Positions 56,662-64,000 of a stretch of DNA of 64,000 nucleotides are shown here, one piece after another (position 1 is the stretch's first letter; each line of letters opens with the position of its first letter). The notes beneath the pieces were generated by a model that saw only the letters and a list, made by a program, of their open reading frames with translations, was not told the origin of the DNA and did no database searches. Source of the DNA: Candidatus Kaiserbacteria bacterium (GTDB lineage: Bacteria > Patescibacteriota > Minisyncoccia > Phycocordibacterales > UBA2100). The position numbers and the translations under genes were made by a program. The stretch lies in NCBI GenBank assembly GCA_028286585.1, contig JAQBRI010000007.1, forward strand, positions 18,479 to 82,478, read 5' to 3'.

Positions 56662-57435
56662 ATGTGGACTGAGTCGCAGCGATTGTTTTTAAATCTGAGT
56701 AAAAAGGAGCTTGCGGTGCTTAAAATTTTGCATAAAAAGGGTCCGATTAATACCACTGAACTCGCCTTTGAATCTAAGATTCCACGCGTCACAACGATAC
56801 GTATTGCGCGCAAATTATGGCGCAGGGGATTCATTGCTCGGCAGACTTTGAGGCGCGAAATAAAGTGGTCCGAAGTCGATCGTGAGACCATTCAAAAGCG
56901 TCTTATGACCCAGGTTGAAACATCAACCGTAACCCTCGGCGGCAAAGAAATTGAACTCTCGGAAGTTGCCAGTGTGACAACGTATTATGGGGCGGATGCC
57001 ATGCTCGAGAGTAACAAAAAGCTGCTTGTGGCGCATGCGGGCGAAAAGTTTTGCAGCATTGAACCAAATGGCATGTGGAAACATATGGCAAAAGTGTCCC
57101 CAAAGGAGTGGCAAGAACTCAATAATATCTATAAAAATAAGGGTGTAATGGTAGATATGGTGCTCGAAGAGGGGTTTGAAAAGGCGATAGGGATAGTAGA
57201 CAAAGAACTAAAATCAAGCTTTTTTAGTCTCGCGTCAGAGGTGCGTGTAATTCCCGAGGGAATTGTAAGTTCTTCGACCGAAGTACTTATATTTCGAGAT
57301 CAGGCGCTCTTTATGGATTGGGAGCAGTACATAGCAATAGAAATAAAGAATCCAAGCACCGTAAAGCTGATAAAAGGCATGTTCAAGGCTTTGCAGGCGC
57401 AAGGCACGGTATTTGGCTACAAGAAAGGGTTTTGA
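56662..57435 (+). CDS. TrmB-family wHTH transcriptional regulator
   Basis: LSKKELAVLKIL...IPRVTTIRIARKL; IFRDQ...AIEIKN C-terminal domain. Confidence 0.8.
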   Translation: MWTESQRLFLNLSKKELAVLKILHKKGPINTTELAFESKIPRVTTIRIARKLWRRGFIARQTLRREIKWSEVDRETIQKRLMTQVETSTVTLGGKEIELSEVASVTTYYGADAMLESNKKLLVAHAGEKFCSIEPNGMWKHMAKVSPKEWQELNNIYKNKGVMVDMVLEEGFEKAIGIVDKELKSSFFSLASEVRVIPEGIVSSSTEVLIFRDQALFMDWEQYIAIEIKNPSTVKLIKGMFKALQAQGTVFGYKKGF

Positions 57436-57470
57436 GTGTTACACGTGGCACCTGGTGCTATACTTGGCAC

Positions 57471-58271
57471 ATGAGAATAATGTCATGGAACGTGAATGGT
57501 ATTAGAGCGGTACACAAGAAGGGCTTATTTGAGCCATTTATTGCCAAGTACCAGCCAGATGTTCTGTGTCTACAGGAAACCAAGGCACAGGAGCACGAAT
57601 CTCCTGTCGATTTGCCCGATTATCATGAGTTTTGGAATAGTGCTGAGAAGAAAGGGTATAGCGGTACAGCGATATTTAGTAAAGAAAAGCCCTTGTCCGT
57701 TATATTAGGCATTCCAGCCGTTATTATCGAAAAACATGGTGTTACACGTGACACATACGGAGACCCTGGCACCGAGGGCAGGGTTATAGCGGCTGAATAT
57801 AAGGATTTTTACGTGGTTACGGTATATACCCCCAACTCCAAGGATGACCTAACCCGCATTCCGTTGCGTCATAAGCAGTGGGACCCTGCCTTTTTGGCAT
57901 ACTGTGTGGAACTTGAAAAAACCAAGCCAGTCATATTTTGTGGGGACCTTAACGTTGCACATACCCCCGACGACTTGGCGAACCCTAAGCCAAATATGGG
58001 CAAAAAGGGTTTCACCAATGAGGAGCGAGAGGGAATTGATAACGCTCTGGGCTATGGCTTTGTTGATACCTTTAGGCATTTTATCCCTTCTGGTAATGGT
58101 TATTACACCTGGTGGAGTAATTTTGCCAATTCACGTGCCAGAAATATTGGGTGGAGAATCGATTATGTTTTTGTAAGCAAATCCCTTGTTCCACGTGTAA
58201 CTAGCGCCGCTATTCACCCCGAAGTAATGGGCTCGGATCATTGTCCTGTATCAATCGACATTTCTGACTGA
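57471..58271 (+). CDS. xth: Exodeoxyribonuclease III / AP endonuclease
   Basis: SWNVNGIRA, LQETK, GYSGTA, GDLNVAH, GWRIDY, SDHCP. Confidence 0.97.
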   Translation: MRIMSWNVNGIRAVHKKGLFEPFIAKYQPDVLCLQETKAQEHESPVDLPDYHEFWNSAEKKGYSGTAIFSKEKPLSVILGIPAVIIEKHGVTRDTYGDPGTEGRVIAAEYKDFYVVTVYTPNSKDDLTRIPLRHKQWDPAFLAYCVELEKTKPVIFCGDLNVAHTPDDLANPKPNMGKKGFTNEEREGIDNALGYGFVDTFRHFIPSGNGYYTWWSNFANSRARNIGWRIDYVFVSKSLVPRVTSAAIHPEVMGSDHCPVSIDISD

Positions 58272-58389
58272 TACCACAGAACCTCTATTTATAAGGACAA
58301 ATTAAGTGTCCATTAACGACCAATTAGTTATCCACAGTATTGTCCATTAAGTCCTTTACACGTATTACTATGTCCGTTACACTGTCTTT

Positions 58390-58634
58390 TAGTTGCTCAT
58401 TCAGGAAACGTTAGTTCAAACTAACGGGACATAGTTTTACATGTACCTTACACAAAACATATATAGCACTTAGTGCTCAGGATATCCTCGACGATATCCA
58501 TTGAAATACAAGGTACTTGTGCTAAACACCCGAGATCTTTAATAATGATCTAACGGAATCCTATTTAAAGCCGCTTCACTGCGGCGACTGCTGAAAAAGA
58601 AAACACAGAAGTCGCCCCGTGAGGCGGTTTTTTT
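58390..58634 (+). ncRNA. Candidate standalone ncRNA of about 245 nt
   Basis: TTTACA-17-TACACT promoter at 58355-58383, several hairpins, long terminator 58567-58634, only a 10-codon ORF. Confidence 0.5.
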
Positions 58635-58726
58635 ATACTATCTAAAATACACATGTAGTAAAAATTGCCTCTTAGCATAACTACGGTATAATCAGCTCAC
58701 TTCGATCCGTGTTCGAAGTGACATCT

Positions 58727-58797
58727 GCGGGCATGGTTTAGTGGTAAAATGGCGCCTTGCCAAGGCGTAGACGGGAGTTCGATTCTCCCTGCCCGCA
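58727..58797 (+). tRNA. tRNA-Gly(GCC)
   Basis: GCGGGCA...TGCCCGC-A; anticodon arm GCGCC-TT-GCC-AA-GGCGT. Confidence 0.95.
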
Positions 58798-58859
58798 CAC
58801 AAAGTTTGTTTTTAGGTTTCGCCAGGATTCTCCCCAGAATCTCGGCCCACTTCATTATG

Positions 58860-58931
58860 TGCTCCCGCCAGGATTCGAACCTGGAATAGCAGTTCCGAAG
58901 ACTGCTGTGATATCCATTTCACCACGAGAGC
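58860..58931 (-). tRNA. tRNA-Arg(UCG)
   Basis: GCTCTCG...CGGGAGC-A; anticodon arm GCAGT-CT-TCG-GA-ACTGC. Confidence 0.95.
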
Positions 58932-59028
58932 AATGCAATAAACAGAAACCAAACCTACGCATTAACGAAATCAATATAGCACACACTCTCGACTCGCGAT
59001 ACCCGGACTTATGACATACAATACAGGA

Positions 59029-60501
59029 ATGCACGCCACAGGACTAAGTGTCCCATCTGAGATACGAACTATTTGTGAGACATTGAAAAACGCAGGATAT
59101 GAAAGTTATATCGTTGGCGGTTGCGTGCGTGATTTATACATTAATCGCGCACCTAAGGATTGGGACATTACCACCAATGCGAAACCCGAAGCTATCCAAG
59201 CGCTGTTCGAAGAAACGTTTTATGAAAATGATTACGGTACTGTTGGAGTAGTTACACAGTCCGAAAGTCCTGCACTTAAAATTGTTGAGATTACACCTTA
59301 TCGTACCGAATCGACCTATTCCAACGCGCGGCACCCGGACGCTGTTGAATTTAGTGATTCTCTCGCCGACGACTTGAAGCGGCGCGATTTTACGATTAAT
59401 GCAATCGCGTATGACCCGTTAACTGACTCAGTGGTTGATTTGCATAACGGTATGGATGATCTCCACAATAAACGGATCGTGACCGTAGGGGATCCATATA
59501 ATCGCTTCCAGGAGGATGCATTGCGCATGCTACGCGCTATTCGTATTGCAGTGGAGTTGGATTTTGTTATCGATGCGGAAACTATGGCAGCAATTGCAAA
59601 ACACAGTGAGCTGCTCTCAAAAATTTCTCAAGAGCGTATACGGGATGAACTAACGCGTGTTTTGATGAGTCCGCGTCCAATGCAGGGGATATTTATGGCG
59701 CAGAAGCTGGGTGTACTCAAGTACATCATTCCTGAACTCGAAGAGGCGATTGGAATAGATCAAAATCAGGCGCACTCGTTTGATGTATTTGAACATCTCG
59801 TAAGATCGATGCAGCACGCTGCTGACAAGAACTGGCCGTTTGAAATACGTATCGCGGCACTCTTGCATGATATTGGAAAGCCGGCGACACGGGTATGGTC
59901 GAGTGATAAGAAAGATTGGACCTTTTATAATCATGAGGTGGTGGGAGCACGCATGGCCCGCAAAATTTTAAACAATCTCCGTTTCCCAAAAGCGACTATA
60001 GAGACAGTTACTACTCTCATTCGATGGCATATGTTTTTCTCTGATCCGGATTCAGTCACATTGAGTGCCGTGCGTCGCATCATTTCAAATGTAGGTAGGG
60101 AAAATATTTCATCACTTATAGATTTACGCATCTGCGATCGTATTGGAACTGGACGGCCAAAAGAGCAACCTTTTCGACTGCGAAAGTATATGTCTATGAT
60201 TGATGAGGCGCTCCGAGATCCTATTACTGTAGGAATGCTCGCAATAGATGGTAAAGGGTTAATGGAAATAATAGGGGAGGGTCCTGGGCCAAGATTGGGA
60301 TGGATGCTGCACGCCCTGCTTGAAGAGGTACTCAACGACCCAGCGCTCAACACAAAAGAATATATGGAGAAGCGGGCACTCGAACTTAAGGAGCTTCCAG
60401 AAGAAACACTGAGAACGCTTGGAGAACAAGGAAAGGACAAGAAAGAAATGGAAGATGCCGCCGAAGTATTGAAACTCCGCGAAAAGCACCACGTGAGTTA
60501 A
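59029..60501 (+). CDS. cca: CCA-adding tRNA nucleotidyltransferase with HD domain
   Basis: VGGCVRD, DWD, RRDFTINA, EDALRMLRA, LLHDIGK. Confidence 0.9.
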   Translation: MHATGLSVPSEIRTICETLKNAGYESYIVGGCVRDLYINRAPKDWDITTNAKPEAIQALFEETFYENDYGTVGVVTQSESPALKIVEITPYRTESTYSNARHPDAVEFSDSLADDLKRRDFTINAIAYDPLTDSVVDLHNGMDDLHNKRIVTVGDPYNRFQEDALRMLRAIRIAVELDFVIDAETMAAIAKHSELLSKISQERIRDELTRVLMSPRPMQGIFMAQKLGVLKYIIPELEEAIGIDQNQAHSFDVFEHLVRSMQHAADKNWPFEIRIAALLHDIGKPATRVWSSDKKDWTFYNHEVVGARMARKILNNLRFPKATIETVTTLIRWHMFFSDPDSVTLSAVRRIISNVGRENISSLIDLRICDRIGTGRPKEQPFRLRKYMSMIDEALRDPITVGMLAIDGKGLMEIIGEGPGPRLGWMLHALLEEVLNDPALNTKEYMEKRALELKELPEETLRTLGEQGKDKKEMEDAAEVLKLREKHHVS

Positions 60502-60622
60502 TGGGCGTCTGCGCCTATCGTTATTGATTTCACTACGTCGAACATCGAAATTATGTTTGTTTGTTTGATAACAAACACCTGCTGTCCTATATAGGTTTTT
60601 ACAAAGACAGTGAATGGTCGTC

Positions 60623-60671
60623 TGTGAATAAATTATTGAAACTGTGTATAACTCTGTGGATATGTTGATAA
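60623..60671 (-). promoter_or_regulatory. Four co-oriented DnaA boxes
   Basis: TGTGAATAA 60623, TGTGTATAA 60643, TGTGGATAT 60655, TGTTGATAA 60663. Confidence 0.7.
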
Positions 60672-60764
60672 CAGACAAGGGCTTCAAGTTTGATATATGT
60701 CCAATATTTAAGGTATTTATGCGGTTTTGTCCAATCAGGCATGTTTGTATGAGATACTGTCCCT

Positions 60765-61145
60765 ATGGAGGGGTCCAAGGCTCAAAATAAGGAAACAGGG
60801 GATATTGGAGAAAAGGTCGCGTGTATATTTTTGCGACGTAAGGGTTTTAATGTCATAGCCACCAAAGTGCGGGCGGCGTGGTGCGAAATAGATATTATTG
60901 CTGAAAAGGAGGGAGTGGTACATTTTGTTGAAGTAAAAAGCGTAACGCATCAAAACATCGCCGGAAGCTACCGTCCGGAAGAGTTGGTACATCATGCCAA
61001 GCTCGATAAGATATCCCGCTTCGCAGAATTTTATATGAATAAGGAAAATGATACACGCGACTATCAAATAGATGTTGTGGGTGTGTTTTTGGATGTCCGG
61101 ACGAGAAAAGCACAGTGTCGGATTACCGAGAATGTATCTTTATAA
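60765..61145 (+). CDS. YraN (UPF0102) family PD-(D/E)xK nuclease-like protein
   Basis: GDIGEKVA, EIDII, FVEVK, IDVVGV. Confidence 0.9.
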   Translation: MEGSKAQNKETGDIGEKVACIFLRRKGFNVIATKVRAAWCEIDIIAEKEGVVHFVEVKSVTHQNIAGSYRPEELVHHAKLDKISRFAEFYMNKENDTRDYQIDVVGVFLDVRTRKAQCRITENVSL

Positions 61146-61151
61146 AAAACG

Positions 61152-61178
61152 AAGGCCCGATATCAGTCGGGCCTTTTT
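61152..61178. terminator. Bidirectional terminator
   Basis: AAGGCCCGA/TCGGGCCTT flanked by A and T runs. Confidence 0.75.
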
Positions 61179-61203
61179 AAAATGATCACAAGAGCAGTAG
61201 GGA

Positions 61204-62199
61204 TTAAAAAAGCAGTTCTGCAATTTGCACAGCATTGAGCGCCGCGCCCTTAAGAATATTGTCGCCCGAAACAAACATTTCGAGAGTGTAGAGATCTCGC
61301 TGCCGGATCCTGCCTACGAACACCTCGTCTTTGCCAGTCGCAAGAAGAGGAAGCGGATATAATCCCTTATCTGGTTCGTCATAAACTATAACTCCGGGTG
61401 ATCGAACAAGTGTATCGCACATTTTTTTGAAAATGTGATCATGGATCTTGTTTTGGAACTCGACAACAATGTTCATGCTGTGTCCGTTCATGATCGGCAC
61501 CCGGACACATGTTGCGTATACGGGGATCTTCCGCCCAAGAATTTTTTGAGTTTCATAGAGCATTTTCAGCTCTTCGGAAGAATGTTCATTATCCACGAAC
61601 GAGCCGATCGCAGGGATCACATTTCCAAAAATCGGATGCGGATAGATTTCCCGTTCAAACAAGCTTCCCTGCAAGATGGCACGCTGCTGCGCTTCGAGCT
61701 CGCGTATGCCATCGGTGCCCGAACCAGATACCGCCTGCAGTGTAGTTACATATACTTTTGCGATTGGATTGATTCGATGCAGAGGCGCAAGCGCCATCAA
61801 CATGATAATCGTACTGCAATTAGGGCTTGCAATAAGGCCACAGTGCCCTTTAAGTGCCTTCGGGTTGACCTCGGGGATGATGAGCGGCACGTCCGGGTCC
61901 ATACGAAAATCCGAACCATTGTCGATAACAATGCATCCTCGACGCACTGCTTCCTTGGCAAATTCTTTCGATGCACCAGCTTCGCCTTCGGTGCCGGCGA
62001 AAAATGCAAACTTAGCACCGTCGAATCCCTCTGGTCGGGCGACCTCGACAGCATATATTTCGTCATCGATAACCATGCGTCTCTCGGTTCTGGCGAGGAT
62101 GGTTATTTCTTCGATAGCGAAGCGAGGCCTTTTACGCAATATTTCGACCATCTCCGTACCAACCATACCGGCACCAACTACGACAATTCGCGTTCCCAT
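61204..62199 (-). CDS. asd: Aspartate-semialdehyde dehydrogenase
   Basis: FRMDPDVPLIIPEVN, PNCST, QAVSGSG, CVRVP, GHS, DNILKGAALNAVQIAE. Confidence 0.95.
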   Translation of the reverse strand: MGTRIVVVGAGMVGTEMVEILRKRPRFAIEEITILARTERRMVIDDEIYAVEVARPEGFDGAKFAFFAGTEGEAGASKEFAKEAVRRGCIVIDNGSDFRMDPDVPLIIPEVNPKALKGHCGLIASPNCSTIIMLMALAPLHRINPIAKVYVTTLQAVSGSGTDGIRELEAQQRAILQGSLFEREIYPHPIFGNVIPAIGSFVDNEHSSEELKMLYETQKILGRKIPVYATCVRVPIMNGHSMNIVVEFQNKIHDHIFKKMCDTLVRSPGVIVYDEPDKGLYPLPLLATGKDEVFVGRIRQRDLYTLEMFVSGDNILKGAALNAVQIAELLF

Positions 62200-62325
62200 T
62201 GTGCTCCCCCATTCTCAATGATCCAGGATTCAACCTATCATTAGTACTCGCCATAAGCAATGAATGCATATTCCCAGCAAATATGATAGTATATTTTGGA
62301 TACATTTGTGCGATATGTATTACGA

Positions 62326-62399
62326 CGGGGTGTCGTATACCGGTAGTACGCATGCTTTGGGAGCATGTAGACTGGGTTCAATTCCCAGCACCCCGACCA
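62326..62399 (+). tRNA. tRNA-Pro(UGG), CCA encoded
   Basis: CGGGGTG...CACCCCG-A-CCA; CATGC-TT-TGG-GA-GCATG. Confidence 0.95.
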
Positions 62400-62463
62400 G
62401 AAGAGAAGAATAAAACGTGGAGGTTGTAGAACGAAATGTAGTAGGGTAGAATGCACAAACAAC

Positions 62464-62534
62464 GCGGGATTAGTTTACTGGTAAAACATCAGTTTTCCAA
62501 ACTGAGGTAAAGGGTTCGATTCCCTTATCCCGCA
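62464..62534 (+). tRNA. tRNA-Gly(UCC)
   Basis: GCGGGAT...ATCCCGC-A; TCAGT-TT-TCC-AA-ACTGA. Confidence 0.95.
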
Positions 62535-62543
62535 CAGGCTCTC

Positions 62544-62580
62544 AATACAAAAGCCACTCTAGAGGAGTGGCTTTTGTATT
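62544..62580. terminator. Bidirectional terminator between the tRNAs and hup
   Basis: AATACAAAAGCCACTC/GAGTGGCTTTTGTATT. Confidence 0.8.
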
Positions 62581-62593
62581 TTGCACAAAATCT

Positions 62594-62872
62594 TTATGAT
62601 TTGAGTGCGTCTTTCAAAGTCTTAGATGCTCGGAAACGAGGTGCGCGACTTGCCTTCACCTGCATTTTCTCTCCAGTACGAGGATTTCGTACCATGCGAG
62701 CTGGACGGTCACGAGCCTCGAAGATTCCAAGGCCTGCAACTGACACTTCTTCGCCACTCTTGAGTGTTGAAGTGATCGTACTGATCACACACTCCATTGC
62801 TCGCTCAGCATCAGCTTTTGTACTGCCGATTGTAGCTGCAATCTTTTCTACCAAATCTGCTTTATTTGCCAT
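62594..62872 (-). CDS. hup: DNA-binding protein HU
   Basis: NKADLV, GLGIF, RNPRTGE, PRFRASKTLK. Confidence 0.96.
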   Translation of the reverse strand: MANKADLVEKIAATIGSTKADAERAMECVISTITSTLKSGEEVSVAGLGIFEARDRPARMVRNPRTGEKMQVKASRAPRFRASKTLKDALKS

Positions 62873-62990
62873 ACGTATATTAGTTAGCTAATAACAACGC
62901 GACTCTGTTCGCTCGACCGAACTTACGTCCATTTTGAGCCTTATTTTCCGTACTGTCAACAGGGGTGTTAACAACTCTCAATCAGCGCTC

Positions 62991-63108
62991 AAAACTCTTT
63001 TTTCGGCATAGAATTTATAAAGCACGCATATTTGCTTGCTAGCAAATTGTTCCTCTCGCGCCGCCGCGCTGCGAGAGGCTTTCTAAAACCTACGCCTCAA
63101 CGAGTTTT
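62991..63108 (-). repeat. Structured repeat, copy B, starting at the rny stop codon
   Basis: Irregular long stem AAAACTC..GGCGTAGG..AAAG/CTTT..TCTATGCC..GAGTTTT closing the same two-hairpin core as copy A. Confidence 0.75.
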
Positions 63109-64000
63109 TATTTGGCGTACTCAATCACACGAGTCTCTCGTATCACAGACACCTTAATTTCGCCTGGGTACTGCATTTCACTCTGAATTGAATCAGCTAT
63201 AGTTCTTGCGATATTTCGTGCCTCGAGGTCAGTTACAGCCTCTGGTTTGACGATTACGCGTACTTCACGGCCAGCAGCGATGGCATAGCTCTTTTCTACA
63301 CCTGGGACGCGATTTGCTAGTCCTTCTAGGTCTTCGAGACGCTTGATATAGTTTTCGACTGAATCACGACGTGCTCCTGGACGTGCTCCTGAAACAGCAT
63401 CAGCAACCTGCACGATCATACTTTCTGGAGTTTCGTATGGATATTCCTCGTGATGGGCCTGCATTGCCTTTACCACTTCTTCACTGATGCCAAATTTTTG
63501 CAAGATACGACGTCCAATTTCGACGTGTGTACCAGGTACTTCGTGGTCGACTGCCTTACCGATGTCATGGAACAAGGCTCCCGCACGAGCAACGGCGACG
63601 TTTGCGCCGAGTTCTTCTGCAAGCATTCCAGCCAAGTGCGCGACTTCGACGGAGTGATCAAGTACGTTTTGTCCATAACTGGTACGGAAATACAAACGTC
63701 CCAAAATCATGACGAGTTTAGGATCCAAGTCAGGTACCCGGGCAGCATACGCTGCTTCGGCACCCTTCTTTTTGATTATGTTATTGATTTCTGCTTCCGC
63801 CTTTACGACCGATTCTTCAATTTTTGCAGGCTGAATACGGCCATCAAGAATAAGATTCTCGAGTGCAATACGAGCTATTTGTCGACGAATTGGATCATAT
63901 GACGAGAGCGTGATGGTGCCTGGCGTGTCATCAACTATGACATCCACCCCTGTTGCACGTTCAAATGTTCTAATATTTCGGCCTTCTTTACCGATGATCT
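63108..64000 (-). CDS. rny: Ribonuclease Y (5' part outside the window)
   Basis: KH region IIGKEGRNIR, RTSYGQN, HDIGK HD motif, ADAVSGARPGAR, YPGEIKV. Confidence 0.96.
   Translation of the reverse strand, partial: IIGKEGRNIRTFERATGVDVIVDDTPGTITLSSYDPIRRQIARIALENLILDGRIQPAKIEESVVKAEAEINNIIKKKGAEAAYAARVPDLDPKLVMILGRLYFRTSYGQNVLDHSVEVAHLAGMLAEELGANVAVARAGALFHDIGKAVDHEVPGTHVEIGRRILQKFGISEEVVKAMQAHHEEYPYETPESMIVQVADAVSGARPGARRDSVENYIKRLEDLEGLANRVPGVEKSYAIAAGREVRVIVKPEAVTDLEARNIARTIADSIQSEMQYPGEIKVSVIRETRVIEYAK

Larger units (their letters stand above)
55829..58202. other. Cluster of six parS-like 16-mers
   Basis: At 55829, 55922, 55978, 57437, 57740 and 58187; all contain GTTACACGTG on one strand, versus consensus TGTTNCACGTGAAACA. 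Confidence 0.75.

Noticed and set aside
61435-62244. 269-aa ORF antisense to asd, and similar long shadow ORFs opposite dnaA, virB4 and pnp
   Set aside because: Antisense shadows of well-supported genes with no recognisable motifs
62200-62290. Lysine riboswitch upstream of asd
   Set aside because: The leader is too short and lacks the conserved L-box elements
1-64000. CRISPR array, cas genes, rRNA, tmRNA, RNase P RNA, transposases, reverse transcriptase
   Set aside because: No regularly spaced direct repeats or diagnostic motifs were seen by eye
1-64000. Apparent abundance of TCGA/ATCGAT words
   Set aside because: Visual impression only; needs a Markov-corrected k-mer count that I cannot run

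Overview
Chromosomal window from a small-genome bacterium whose gene content and order look like Patescibacteria/CPR, probably Parcubacteria (inferred, not database-checked). It spans the dnaA-dnaN replication origin and rpmH-rnpA-yidC-jag. It also holds housekeeping genes (ruvABC, polA, pcrA, pnp, rpsO, rpsT, xth, rny, hup, CCA enzyme), peptidoglycan genes (Mur ligase, MurL-like epimerase, class A PBP, LysM/M23), a PilB/GspE ATPase, comM, a 12.5-kb VirB4/PrgI/VirB6/pilin T4SS-like cluster and six tRNAs. Main observations: (1) a dispersed structured repeat family with a conserved two-hairpin core inside unrelated long closing stems (15755-15863 and 62991-63108), plus other long-stem elements at 12.6 kb and behind tRNA-Lys; (2) four divergent modules pairing a TrmB-like regulator with orphan cargo genes, each with its own palindrome; (3) apparently leaderless genes throughout the core, while accessory genes carry SD sequences; (4) an orphan LpxC-like deacetylase in a lineage not known to make lipid A; (5) several candidate ncRNAs; (6) six parS-like sites and a second DnaA-box cluster about 35-40 kb from dnaA; (7) tRNA-Arg(GCG) plus tRNA-Arg(UCG), and A73 in both tRNA-Gly. 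All calls come from reading the sequence by eye; no searches were run.
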